Made by a program: the position numbers and the translations under genes. Below are positions 27,299-36,629 of a DNA stretch of 64,000 nt, piece after piece (positions within the stretch are counted from its first letter, which is position 1; every line of letters starts with the position of its first letter). This DNA comes from Dehalococcoidia bacterium. GTDB taxonomy: Bacteria; Chloroflexota; Dehalococcoidia; GIF9; AB-539-J10. Location: positions 108-64,107 of the forward strand of contig PULQ01000060.1 of NCBI GenBank assembly GCA_003552465.1, given 5' to 3'. The notes beneath the pieces are model-generated. The model was not told the origin of the DNA. It did no database searches and was given only the letters and a program-made list of their open reading frames with translations.

Positions 27299-28732
27299 CT
27301 ATCGCAGTCCGACTATCGTGAGCGCAATCCAGAAGTAGAGCGCCACCCCGAATATGTCCATTATGCTGGTTACGACAGGTGCTGACGCGAGAGCGGGGTC
27401 ACGCTTGACTAGACGAAGAAGGAACGGCAGGGCTCCGCCCACCAGGGGTGCCATGATGGAGATGCCCACCAGGGTAATGCCCACCACGATAGCGATCTCC
27501 AGGTCTCGCTGCCAGGCATAAGCCCAGGCCAGAGAAACCGCCCCCAACCCAACACCCAGGACAGCGCCTATCCTGACCTCCCGTAAGACTACCGCCAGGG
27601 CGCGCCTCGGTCGCACCTCCCCGGTGGCCAGGCCTCGGATAACGACGGTGGCCGACTGGGCTCCTATGTTTCCCCCGGTATCTATCAGCAACGGGATGAA
27701 GAAAGCTAGAGCCACTGTCGCTAACAGAAGTTCTTCCTGCGCCCCCATGATACTCCCCGTGACAGTGTTGATCGCGATGAGACCGAGGAGCCACACCCCC
27801 CTGCGTGGCACGACGCTCAAGATGCGGCTGGCGAAGTATCCACGCTCGGTGCCGGGGACGGCACCGAACCGGTAGATATCTTCGGTGGCCTCTTCCTCGA
27901 CGATGTCGACCACGTCGTCATAGGTGATGATACCGACGAGGCGTTGTTCTGCATCGACCACAGGAATGGCCAGGAGTTCGTGCTCGCGGAGTTCCCTGGC
28001 TGCTTCCTCCCGGTCGGTGTGGGTATATATGAAGATCGGTTCTGGCCTCATTATGTCGGACACGCTGACATCGGGATCGGCAATGACGAGGTCCTTGAGC
28101 GATACAGTACCTATGAGGTGACGCCGGCGGTCCATGACGTAGCACTCGTATACAGTTTCGCGGTTGATGGCGAGGCGCCTTACTCTCTCCAGGGCCTGTG
28201 CCACGGTCATGTCGCCGTGGAGGTCGACGAAGAGGGGAGTCATCTCGCGTCCGGCTGTTCCTTCCTCGTAGCCCAGCAAGCGCATCGTGAGTCGGCGCTG
28301 GTCTGAGGAGAGTATCTGCAGCAGTCTGCGTGCTACCTTGGCCGGGACTTCGTCGAGCAACTCGGCTCGGTCGTCTGGTGGCATTGCCTCAAGGAGGTTT
28401 CTGGCCGCCTGGTCGCTGAAGGCCTCGAGGAGGCGGTCCTGGAGGGTGCCGTCCATCTCGTCGAAGACGTCGACGGCGAGGTCCTTGGGGAGGAGGCGGA
28501 AGGCGACGCCCTCCTTGTCGGCAGGTGCGCCTGCCAGCAGGTCTGCGATGTCGGAAGGATGGAGAGCCGCCAGTCTCTCCCGCAGCGCTCTGTACTGGTT
28601 GTTCTCGAGCAGTTCCCTGAACGTATCTTCGTCCAGGGTTTCCTCCGGTCGCCTGTCGTGAATCTCTTCGCTCACTTTGCTCCCAACAGAAAGGCCCCAC
28701 GTCCGGCGGGACGTGGGGCGCATCAGCCTCAA
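27299..28732 (-). CDS. mgtE: Magnesium transporter MgtE
   Basis: N-domain ..LHPSDIADLL.., tandem CBS domains, 5-TM C-terminal pore domain; alternative start GTG 28675. Confidence 0.9.
   Translation of the reverse strand: MRLMRPTSRRTWGLSVGSKVSEEIHDRRPEETLDEDTFRELLENNQYRALRERLAALHPSDIADLLAGAPADKEGVAFRLLPKDLAVDVFDEMDGTLQDRLLEAFSDQAARNLLEAMPPDDRAELLDEVPAKVARRLLQILSSDQRRLTMRLLGYEEGTAGREMTPLFVDLHGDMTVAQALERVRRLAINRETVYECYVMDRRRHLIGTVSLKDLVIADPDVSVSDIMRPEPIFIYTHTDREEAARELREHELLAIPVVDAEQRLVGIITYDDVVDIVEEEATEDIYRFGAVPGTERGYFASRILSVVPRRGVWLLGLIAINTVTGSIMGAQEELLLATVALAFFIPLLIDTGGNIGAQSATVVIRGLATGEVRPRRALAVVLREVRIGAVLGVGLGAVSLAWAYAWQRDLEIAIVVGITLVGISIMAPLVGGALPFLLRLVKRDPALASAPVVTSIMDIFGVALYFWIALTIVGLR
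28695..28718 (-). promoter_or_regulatory. Perfect 10-bp GC hairpin CCCCACGTCC-cgcc-GGACGTGGGG at the 5' end/leader of mgtE
   Basis: Exact inverted repeat; followed (minus sense) by CCTTTCTGTTGGGAGCAAAGTG (SD + GTG). Confidence 0.6.
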
Positions 28733-28853
28733 CTAGAGACGTGGTCTATGGCATACCCCACCGCCATCGGACGGAGAGTGAACTCTTTCGTCGTTTATGA
28801 TCTGGATCCGGTGATCCCTTTGTTTCCATTACCAATACCCCGTTCCAGGGCGA

Positions 28854-28882
28854 ATTATACCTCGCTCATGCTGTGGTGTCAA
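28854..28882 (-). promoter_or_regulatory. Consensus sigma70 promoter TTGACA-17-TATAAT driving a ~130-170-nt leader of mgtE
   Basis: plus-strand tgtcaa 28877-28882 and attata 28854-28859 (minus strand TTGACA..TATAAT), exact consensus hexamers. Confidence 0.6.
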
Positions 28883-29084
28883 TCGGAGAGGGCAATGTCC
28901 GCGGGAAGCCAGCCTGTCCTCACATTGAATCTCCAGTCGCCTGCTTGCTGTCTGCAGCTCTGAACCGCGGTAGACCAGAAGGCAATGCAGGAGGTGATCT
29001 GAGCACGCGCACACGAGCATTAACAATTTGCTAACATTTCTGCTATAACATAGGAGTGGTGCCGAGGGCACCGGGAGGTCCGAG

Positions 29085-29774
29085 TTGCCTGAGAAGAAGG
29101 TCCTTGTAGTCGATGATGATGTAAAGACTGTGGACCTGGTCAAACTCTATCTGGCCAGAGACGGCTACCAGGTTCTAACTGCTCATGACGGGGTTGAGGC
29201 CCTGCGGGTGGCTCGAGAGGGGAATCCCGACCTCATCGTGCTCGACCTCATGTTGCCCGATATCGACGGCTTCGAGGTCTGTCGCACCCTTAGAGACGAG
29301 TGTGATGTGCCTATCATCATGCTGACCGCCCGGACGACCGACCAGGACAAGTTGACGGGACTGGACTCAGGAGCGGACGATTACGTGACCAAGCCGTTCA
29401 GTCCTAAGGAACTGGTGGCCAGGGTGCGGGCAGTGCTCAGGCGGCTTCCCGGAGAACGCGGCCCGGTTGAGATCCCCCATGGTGAGTTGACCATGAACTT
29501 CGACAGACGGCAAGCATGGTTTGCGGGCAAACCGCTGATCCTTACTGACGTCGAGTTCAAGCTATTGGGTGTTCTGTGCCGTGAGCCGGGGAGGGTCTTC
29601 AGCCGGGGAGACCTCATTGAGAAGGCGCTGGGCTACGACTTCGCAGGATTCGATCGCACCATCGATGTTCACATACTTAACCTGCGGCGCAAGATCGAAC
29701 CGAGTCCCGACCACCCCAGGTACATCAAGACGGTATATGGCGCAGGTTACAAATACGTAGGAGACGAGCAATGA
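29085..29774 (+). CDS. OmpR-family two-component response regulator
   Basis: TTG start after GGGAGG; receiver VLVVDDD..D..MP, winged-helix C-terminus. Confidence 0.9.
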   Translation: MPEKKVLVVDDDVKTVDLVKLYLARDGYQVLTAHDGVEALRVAREGNPDLIVLDLMLPDIDGFEVCRTLRDECDVPIIMLTARTTDQDKLTGLDSGADDYVTKPFSPKELVARVRAVLRRLPGERGPVEIPHGELTMNFDRRQAWFAGKPLILTDVEFKLLGVLCREPGRVFSRGDLIEKALGYDFAGFDRTIDVHILNLRRKIEPSPDHPRYIKTVYGAGYKYVGDEQ

Positions 29775-31147
29775 TACACAGCCTGTGGCTTCGCCTGCTG
29801 GTCGCCTTTGCTCTGGTGATCGTGGTGACTATAGGCACTGTCTATGCGTTCGTCAGCAGCGGCATCAGAGGAGAGATCGAACGGTACGAGGAGATAATGG
29901 GACAAATCCCAATATTGGAGACCCAGGAGGCACTAGCCGGCCACTATCAGAAGCGTGGTAGCTGGGATGACGTTCAACTCGTTACCGGTAACCGGTCCGC
30001 TGAACTTGGGACACGTATCATACTGACTACCTTCGCGGGAGTGGTCATAGATGACTCGGAGAAGGAGTTTTCGGCCGGTCAGCAGTATCAACCCGGCTCA
30101 GCAGATGATCTTCAGGGCAACTACTTCGTGGTGTTCTCCGAAGACTGGGAAGAGCCGATCACCCTGACTCTATACATGGATCCGAGGCTGTTGCCTGATG
30201 ACATCGCCGGTTCACCACGGGCATTCGCAGAAGCGATCAACCGTTTCCTTCTATTAGGGGGTCTGCTGGCAGTCGGGATAGCTCTCTTGTTGACCTTCAT
30301 CCTATCGCGGAGGATGTCCTCACCCATAGGCGTCCTTGCCACGGCCGCCAGGCGCTTGGGCACTGGCCAGTTGTCTCAGAGGGTCAGGCTCAAGGAGAAG
30401 GGCGAAGTGCAGGAACTGGCTCAAGCGTTCAACGCCATGGCTGCCGACCTGGAGCACGCTGAGCAGTTGCGGCGCAATCTGGTGGCCGACGTTGCTCACG
30501 AGTTGAGGACTCCTCTCTCCAATATCCAGGGCTATCTGGAGGCGATTCGCGATGGGGTGATGGAGCCGGATGCAGCCACCATCCGTTCGCTCAATGAGGA
30601 GGCGTCGCTGCTTGCGAGGCTGGTAGAGGAGTTGCAGGAACTGAGCCTTGCCGAAGCCGGGGAGTTGAAGATGGTGTTCCAGACGGAAGACCTGGTCAAC
30701 CTGATAGAACAGACGGTGGCGTCCTGGCAACCGCAGTTGACCGCCAAGGGAATGGCTCTTTCGCTTGACCTGCCTGATGAACTGCCGCCCGTCAAGGTCG
30801 ATTGGCAGAGGATAAGCCAGGTGCTGCATAAGCTGCTCGAGAATGCCATTTCCCACACCGGCAGAGGCGGGACCATTACGGTCTCCGCCGTCAGGCAGGG
30901 AGGCTGGGTGGAGGTCAGCGTAGCCGACACCGGTGAGGGTATTCCTGATGCCGATCTGCCCAACATCTTTGAACGTTTCTACCGGGTCGACAGGTCTCGT
31001 GCCAGGGCTACGGGGGGCAGTGGCCTGGGGCTTACTATCGCCAGGCGCCTGGTGGAAGCTCACGGAGGCAAGATCGACGTAGAGAGCAAGCTGGGAAAGG
31101 GCAGCCGGTTCTCCTTTACCGTTCCGGTTTCGCAAAGGCTGCTATGA
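29771..31147 (+). CDS. Two-component sensor histidine kinase (TM-HAMP-HisKA-HATPase)
   Basis: H-box [11 protein letters not shown]-boxes DTGEGIP / GGSGLGL. Confidence 0.9.
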   Translation: MIHSLWLRLLVAFALVIVVTIGTVYAFVSSGIRGEIERYEEIMGQIPILETQEALAGHYQKRGSWDDVQLVTGNRSAELGTRIILTTFAGVVIDDSEKEFSAGQQYQPGSADDLQGNYFVVFSEDWEEPITLTLYMDPRLLPDDIAGSPRAFAEAINRFLLLGGLLAVGIALLLTFILSRRMSSPIGVLATAARRLGTGQLSQRVRLKEKGEVQELAQAFNAMAADLEHAEQLRRNLVADVAHELRTPLSNIQGYLEAIRDGVMEPDAATIRSLNEEASLLARLVEELQELSLAEAGELKMVFQTEDLVNLIEQTVASWQPQLTAKGMALSLDLPDELPPVKVDWQRISQVLHKLLENAISHTGRGGTITVSAVRQGGWVEVSVADTGEGIPDADLPNIFERFYRVDRSRARATGGSGLGLTIARRLVEAHGGKIDVESKLGKGSRFSFTVPVSQRLL

Positions 31148-31229
31148 ACCTTCGTATGGAGGAGTTCCGCAGGTACTTGACTACGGCTGGAGCACGTGAC
31201 TATCAGCCGGCTTGGAGAGGTTCTCGCGC

Positions 31230-31319
31230 ATGAGCATGAAGCTGCTGATCGGCCTGTTGGCCCTGGGTGTAACTATGGTGGTGGTGGGTCTGGTTATCGC
31301 TCTTGTCGGGCTACCCTAG
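31230..31319 (+). CDS. Possible 29-aa hydrophobic membrane peptide downstream of the histidine kinase
   Basis: GGAGAGG SD 8 nt upstream of ATG; MSMKLLIGLLALGVTMVVVGLVIALVGLP is a single TM helix. Confidence 0.2.
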   Translation: MSMKLLIGLLALGVTMVVVGLVIALVGLP

Positions 31320-31398
31320 GTTGGCGATACATCACCACATCGGCGGCTACTGGCTGCATGAGGCATCCGGGGATGTCTGGGCACCCGGGGTGTGCGGG

Positions 31399-33252
31399 TC
31401 AGCCTTGAGCCGGACTCGGTGACAGGCCTTCGAGGATGCGCTCAAGCTCAGCCTCATCCAGCGTCTCTTTCTCTATGAGTTCTCGAGCCAACTCTTTCAA
31501 CCTATCCTTGTTCGCGGTCAGGACCTTCTTGGCAGTCTTGTAGGCACGCTGGATAATGGCGTGCACCTCGGAATCGATTTCGTCGGCTATCTTATCGCCA
31601 TAGTCCTTGTGTTCGCTTATCTCACGGCCGAGGAAGACTAGTTCCTGCTTCTGTCCGAAGGTCCTGGGGCCGAGAGTATCACTCATGCCGAACTCGGTGA
31701 CCATTCTTCTGGCCAGCTTGGTTGCCCTTTCGAGGTCATCCTGAGCACCGGTGGTCACATCGCCGAATATGATCTCCTCGGCCACACGCCCGCCAAGGCT
31801 CACGGCCAACATATCATCGAACTGCGACTTGGTCCAGTAGCGCCGGTCCTCGGTCGGCAGAAAGCGCGTCCAGCCACCGATCGTCCCGCGGGCGACTATC
31901 GACACCTTGTGCACGGGGTCGGCGTTGGGCAGCATCCGGGCGGTCAGGGCGTGCCCTCCCTCGTGGTAGGCGGAGATCTCCTTCTCCCTCGGGCTTATGA
32001 CCCGGCTTCTCCTCTCCGGTCCGGCCATCGTCCGGTCGGCTGCATCCTCGAGCTCGTTCAGTGTTATGTCCTTACGGTTGCGTCGTGCCGCCAGGATGGC
32101 TGCTTCGTTGATAAGGTTGGCCAGGTCTGCGCCGCTGAATCCCGGCGTGCCCTTGGCCAGGGTCTCCAGGTCAGTGCCCTTGGCCAGTGGTTTGTCCTTA
32201 CCGTGCACCTCCAGAATGGCCTTGCGGCCTTTAATGTCCGGCAGGTCGATGACGATGTGACGATCGAAACGTCCGGGACGTAGCAGGGCCGGATCGAGGA
32301 TGTCGGGGCGGTTGGTGGCAGCCATGACGATAACATTTACGCTCGTATCGAAGCCGTCCATCTCAGCCAGGATCTGGTTGAGCGTCTGCTCACGTTCGTC
32401 ATGTCCTCCGCCCAGGCCTGCTCCACGATGTCGGCCCACTGCGTCTATTTCGTCGATGAACATCAGACAAGGTGAGTTGCGCTTGGCCTGCTCGAACAGA
32501 TCCCTGACCCTGGCCGCACCCACACCGACGAACATCTCGACGAACTCGCTTCCACTGATAGAGAAGAAGGGCACCCTGGCCTCTCCTGCTATGGCCTTGG
32601 CGAGCAGGGTCTTACCTGTTCCCGGAGGGCCTACGAGGAGAATCCCCCTGGGAATACGTCCCCCCAGGGCCTGGAACTTCTGAGGAGCCTTGAGGAACTC
32701 GACTATCTCCTGTACCTCCTCCTTGGCCTCCTCCGCCCCGGCGACGTCGGCGAAGGTCACATCCGACCTGTGCTCAAGACGCAACCGTGCCCGGCTCTTG
32801 CTGAAGTTGAAGGCCTGTGTCCCGGCGCCGCGCGCAGCGCGGAAGAAGAGGAAGTAGAACAAAGCGCCGAGCAGGACGATGGGCAGGATTACGGTCAGGG
32901 CTATCGAGCCCCAGTCGAAGCCGGTCTCCACAGCATAGAACTGTATTCCGTCGGCTCGCAGGTTCACTCCCTCGCGTTCCAGGCGTTCGATAACGACGTC
33001 CGTATCGGCCTTGAAAGGCGTCGTGATCAGGGCCCTGTCGTCTCCAAGGGCGGTCAGCGTCTGGCCGTCATGCTCTATCCTGTCTATCTTCCGGCCGTCA
33101 TACTCCTGGCGCTGAGCTGCCTCCATAAACCGATACCAGTCTACCTCATCGGGTCTTGCGGCCATAGTGTTGAGCGCCCAGAGGACGACCGCCACCACTG
33201 CTACCAGGAGCAGCATATAGAAGAAACCGCTACGCCACCATTTTGTCTGCAT
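31399..33252 (-). CDS. ftsH: ATP-dependent zinc metalloprotease FtsH
   Basis: AAA Walker [18 protein letters not shown] zinc motif. Confidence 0.95.
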   Translation of the reverse strand: MQTKWWRSGFFYMLLLVAVVAVVLWALNTMAARPDEVDWYRFMEAAQRQEYDGRKIDRIEHDGQTLTALGDDRALITTPFKADTDVVIERLEREGVNLRADGIQFYAVETGFDWGSIALTVILPIVLLGALFYFLFFRAARGAGTQAFNFSKSRARLRLEHRSDVTFADVAGAEEAKEEVQEIVEFLKAPQKFQALGGRIPRGILLVGPPGTGKTLLAKAIAGEARVPFFSISGSEFVEMFVGVGAARVRDLFEQAKRNSPCLMFIDEIDAVGRHRGAGLGGGHDEREQTLNQILAEMDGFDTSVNVIVMAATNRPDILDPALLRPGRFDRHIVIDLPDIKGRKAILEVHGKDKPLAKGTDLETLAKGTPGFSGADLANLINEAAILAARRNRKDITLNELEDAADRTMAGPERRSRVISPREKEISAYHEGGHALTARMLPNADPVHKVSIVARGTIGGWTRFLPTEDRRYWTKSQFDDMLAVSLGGRVAEEIIFGDVTTGAQDDLERATKLARRMVTEFGMSDTLGPRTFGQKQELVFLGREISEHKDYGDKIADEIDSEVHAIIQRAYKTAKKVLTANKDRLKELARELIEKETLDEAELERILEGLSPSPAQG

Positions 33253-33458
33253 GTACTCTAACCGAGTTAGTATAGCAGAAATATGTCAAGCTGAAAAACG
33301 ATTCTATCCGGCCGGACGGCAGGGTTGCCGTATCAGGTGGGGAGATTCTTGGTTCACAGTCCGGATGGGGCAGCGTCGACTTAGCCAGTAGTGTTACCGA
33401 ACGAGGTTGTTCAGGATGAGCCACAGGTGATAAAATAGGGGAGGAGGGTAGAGGCTTT

Positions 33459-33803
33459 CTGGAAGCAGAGGAAATAGCGCGTCTGGCCACCGAACTGGCT
33501 TCGGACAAGCAGGCGAGGGACATCGCCCTGCTGGACGTAAGGTCTCTATGCCCTTTTGCCGATTACTTCGTGATCTGCACCGGAGACAACTGGCGGCATG
33601 TCGAAGCTATCTGGAAGGACATCGCCGAGATCCTCAAGAGCAGAGGTGTGCTGCCTCACCACAATGAAGGGACTCCTGACTCGGGCTGGATGCTGACCGA
33701 CTTCGGTTCCGTCATCGTCCACATATTCGCGCCCCCGGAGCGAGACTACTACCAGCTCGACCGACTGTGGGACAAGGCGGTCCCGGTGGTCAGGATTCAG
33801 TAG
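33459..33803 (+). CDS. rsfS: Ribosomal silencing factor RsfS (Iojap); start codon unresolved
   Basis: ..EEIARLATELASDKQARDIALLDVRSLCPFADYFVICTGDNWRHVEAI.. No in-frame ATG/GTG/TTG upstream of the conserved N-terminus, possibly CTG at 33459 after GGGGAGGAGGG. Confidence 0.6.
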   Translation: MEAEEIARLATELASDKQARDIALLDVRSLCPFADYFVICTGDNWRHVEAIWKDIAEILKSRGVLPHHNEGTPDSGWMLTDFGSVIVHIFAPPERDYYQLDRLWDKAVPVVRIQ

Positions 33804-34243
33804 ATCCACCTGTCGGTTTCACGATCGTAGCTCAGTATGTCCTCCGCTGTGAAGAACAGATCGATCTCATCCGAGGCGTTCTCCAGCGAATCCGAGCCGT
33901 GTATCAGGTTGTGCCCTATGTCCATGCCCAGGTCGCCCCTGATCGTGCCTGTCTGGGCCCTGGCCGGATCAGTGGCTCCCGCCATCTGCCGTACTGCGTC
34001 CACGGCGTGTCTGCCCTGGAATACTATGGCGATGATCGGTCCCGAAACAATGAAGCGGACAAGATCATCGAAGAAGGCCTTTCCCTCATGGATGGCGTAG
34101 TGTCGTCGGGCCATTGCTTCATCCATCCGGAGCATCCTCATGGCGACGATCTTGAGGCCTTTCCTCTCCAGCCGGGAGATGATCTCGCCGGCCAGCCCTC
34201 TTTGCACGGCGTCTGGCTTGATGAGTACCAGGCTCTTTTCCAT
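33797..34243 (-). CDS. ndk: Nucleoside diphosphate kinase
   Basis: MEKSLVLIKPD.., active site ..NLIHGSDS.. Confidence 0.9.
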   Translation of the reverse strand: MEKSLVLIKPDAVQRGLAGEIISRLERKGLKIVAMRMLRMDEAMARRHYAIHEGKAFFDDLVRFIVSGPIIAIVFQGRHAVDAVRQMAGATDPARAQTGTIRGDLGMDIGHNLIHGSDSLENASDEIDLFFTAEDILSYDRETDRWIY

Positions 34244-34260
34244 GTACACTCGGCTCCTTT

Positions 34261-35322
34261 CTATACCCTTATCAGAAGGGTTATCAGATCTACGTCTTCC
34301 AGCGAATCAACCACTGTGTCTGCCTCGCCCAATTCCTGCCGGGAGCGTGTAGTCGCCACCGCCAGGCATCTCATGCCCGCGGCCCTGGCTGCCTTGATGC
34401 CGAGGGGCGAGTCCTCTATCACCAGGCAGTGTTCAGGTGTCAGTCCCAGCCTCTCGGCAGCCATAAGGCATATCTGGGGACTGGGCTTGCTTTCGGTGAC
34501 CTCCTGACCGCAGAGGATGCAGTCGAAGAGCCCTTTCAGGCCCAGTTCACCCACAACCAGTTCTATGTTCTCTCTGGGGGCTGAGGAGATCAGTCCCTGC
34601 TTGAAGCCCCCTCTCCTTACGGCGTCAAGCAACCTCACTGCTCCAGGAAAGGAACTGATCTTCCCCGAGGCCTTGGTACGGAATGCCTCCTCTTTGTCCC
34701 GCGCTATGGCTCTCATATCCTCTGCGGACAGCTTATCATCCATAACGGTCTTGATTATGAGATCGTTTCGGGCACCGAAGAGCCCGGCGAAGTCCTGACC
34801 GGTGACCCTTGTGTTTCTACTGGCGAAGGTCTCCTGCCATGCGGCGAAGTGGAGCGCGGCCGTGTCTGCGATCACCCCGTCCATGTCCCAGAGGACTGCC
34901 CTGCTGGACCGTCTCATAACGTAGTACAGGAAGTCGCCTTCGGCTATGACCGTGCCGTCGTGTAGCGTGAGCAGTGCCCGGACTTCCACCAGCCTACTCG
35001 TCAGTTTGGTGACCCGGGCTGAGGCGCGGATAGACTCGTTCACGGGGGCTACCTTTTTGAATTTCACCTCGCTCTTGCCGGTGACGGCGAAGTCTACGCC
35101 GTTACAGAGAATGGCGTAGAAGGCGAGTTCGTCGAGTAGGGTGTAGAGTATGCCTCCATGTGTCGCGTCATTCCAGCCCTGGTGATACTGCCCGGGGGTG
35201 AAGTCTGCGGTGACCTCATCTCCGTCGTGAACGGGTCTCAGCCTCAGGCCTATGGGGTTTTCCTGCCCGCAGGCGAAACAGAACCTAGTTATGTATTCGA
35301 CGTCTAATCTGGGGATTTCCAT
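34261..35322 (-). CDS. Fusion protein: N-terminal hotdog-fold thioesterase-like domain (CFACGQENPIGL) + C-terminal HAD-IA phosphatase (beta-phosphoglucomutase-like)
   Basis: First ~140 aa PaaI/4HBT-like with CxxCG..NP.GL; remainder has HAD motifs LWDMDGVIADT, ..SSAPR.., ..EDSP.G..AA..AGM. Confidence 0.75.
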   Translation of the reverse strand: MEIPRLDVEYITRFCFACGQENPIGLRLRPVHDGDEVTADFTPGQYHQGWNDATHGGILYTLLDELAFYAILCNGVDFAVTGKSEVKFKKVAPVNESIRASARVTKLTSRLVEVRALLTLHDGTVIAEGDFLYYVMRRSSRAVLWDMDGVIADTAALHFAAWQETFASRNTRVTGQDFAGLFGARNDLIIKTVMDDKLSAEDMRAIARDKEEAFRTKASGKISSFPGAVRLLDAVRRGGFKQGLISSAPRENIELVVGELGLKGLFDCILCGQEVTESKPSPQICLMAAERLGLTPEHCLVIEDSPLGIKAARAAGMRCLAVATTRSRQELGEADTVVDSLEDVDLITLLIRV

Positions 35323-36041
35323 TTGCTCTTCTCGCTTCTTGCACCGGGGTTGACTGCAGGAGGTGTCCTTGGCCTCGGCTTCGTTATGTTAGGAGGTCGG
35401 AGGTACAGGGGTTGCAGTGTGACCGGGTCGTCCCGGTGTCCCTGGCTCAACTTGAGGTGGCCCAGTGCAGCCAGGGCACTGCTGCGAAACAGACCCTGGC
35501 CCGCGGATACTATTGCCTTGTTGCCCAGTTTCTGCACTATGTCGCTCATCATGTCGGCAGGTATCTCTCCACAGAAGAGGGTCTTCCGTGTGGTCTCACG
35601 GCAGATAGCGCCAATCGTGGTGAGGCGGGTCTCCTCCAGGCAATGCCATCCGTCATCCTCCTGCCGGTAGAGGGCGGTGGCTATCTCCTCCCTGCCGGCT
35701 CTATGAACCGGCCGTACAGGAAACCCGGTGAAGCCGTAAGGATAGGCTTCAGCCTCCAGCGTATCTATGCCGAGCAGTGGTACACCGAGGACGAGGGCCA
35801 GTCCCTTGGCAGTGCTGATGCCCACGCGAAGCCCGTTGAAGCTGCCCGGACCGCGAGCCACTATGATCGCGTCGACCGAACTGAGATTGACCTTCGTGTG
35901 CTGCAGCAGGCGGTTCAGGTTTGGCAGCAGCTCCCTGCTGTGGTTGCTCGCTGTGTGCCAGGCGAACATGGCCAGCGTCCCTCCCCTGTCCGAAAGGGCG
36001 ACGCTTGCTCTGTTGGACGATGTATCTATCGTCAGTTCCAT
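35304..36041 (-). CDS. tsaB: tRNA threonylcarbamoyladenosine biosynthesis protein TsaB
   Basis: MELTIDTSS...SVAL...ARGPGSFNGLRVG; inactive Kae1 paralog architecture. Confidence 0.8.
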   Translation of the reverse strand: MELTIDTSSNRASVALSDRGGTLAMFAWHTASNHSRELLPNLNRLLQHTKVNLSSVDAIIVARGPGSFNGLRVGISTAKGLALVLGVPLLGIDTLEAEAYPYGFTGFPVRPVHRAGREEIATALYRQEDDGWHCLEETRLTTIGAICRETTRKTLFCGEIPADMMSDIVQKLGNKAIVSAGQGLFRSSALAALGHLKLSQGHRDDPVTLQPLYLRPPNITKPRPRTPPAVNPGARSEKSKWKSPD

Positions 36042-36128
36042 GATGTATGCCCTGACCTCCACGTGTGGTGTACAGGCATGGACCCGGTGAGCACACACGG
36101 CCTGGATGAAACGGCATGATCCGTCAGG

Positions 36129-36629
36129 TTAGGCATCCTGTATCTCCACGGTGATTCCGGCCATCAGGATCAACTGGCTTGTAAGTTCTCGGTATCGTTC
36201 GCCTCGCGGTCTCAGGGATATGGAGCGTCTCGTCTGAGAGTCGGGCATGTAGCATAGTGACACAAAGAGGCTGTCACCGGGGAACATCTCCAGTCCCCTG
36301 TCGGCCCACTCAACGGCGCAAACTCCATCGCCGTAGATGTAGTCCTCCAGTCCCAGGGCGGCTATCTCGCCGGTGTCTTCCAGGCGATACAGATCGATGT
36401 GGTAGAGAGGAAGCCTCCCGTGATACTCCCTGATGATGACAAAGGACGGGCTGAAGGCGTGTTCCTCTGCCGCCAGTCCACGTGCAATGCCCTGGACCAG
36501 ACAGGTTTTCCCGGTTCCCAGCTCGCCTACCAGGAGAAAGACGTCAGCGTTGTGCGCCAGTCGTCCCAGATAGCTTCCCAGCAGTTGAGTCTGTTCCGGG
36601 CTGTCTGATTCTACTCTCAGAGATCTCAT
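36129..36629 (-). CDS. tsaE: tRNA threonylcarbamoyladenosine biosynthesis ATPase TsaE
   Basis: LVGELGTGKTCLVQG P-loop; start taken at MRSLRV; overlaps 3' end of thiL by ~85 nt. Confidence 0.8.
   Translation of the reverse strand: MRSLRVESDSPEQTQLLGSYLGRLAHNADVFLLVGELGTGKTCLVQGIARGLAAEEHAFSPSFVIIREYHGRLPLYHIDLYRLEDTGEIAALGLEDYIYGDGVCAVEWADRGLEMFPGDSLFVSLCYMPDSQTRRSISLRPRGERYRELTSQLILMAGITVEIQDA

Noticed and set aside
28733-28990. Calling the mgtE leader an M-box riboswitch
   Set aside because: mgtE is the classic M-box-regulated gene and the leader length fits. However, I could not find the conserved M-box core by inspection. It is reported only as a candidate cis-regulatory leader pending a covariance-model scan.
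31196-31408. 70-aa ORF 31196-31408 (+) between the kinase and ftsH
   Set aside because: Gly/Cys-rich nonsense translation overlapping the ftsH 3' end. The shorter in-frame hydrophobic peptide (31230-31319) is the only plausible coding signal there.
33797-33803. Apparent overlap of rsfS 3' end with the ndk ORF (33797-34249) on the opposite strand
   Set aside because: This is a short convergent overlap of stop regions only. The ndk start is more likely MEKSL at 34243, and the overlap is not biologically remarkable.
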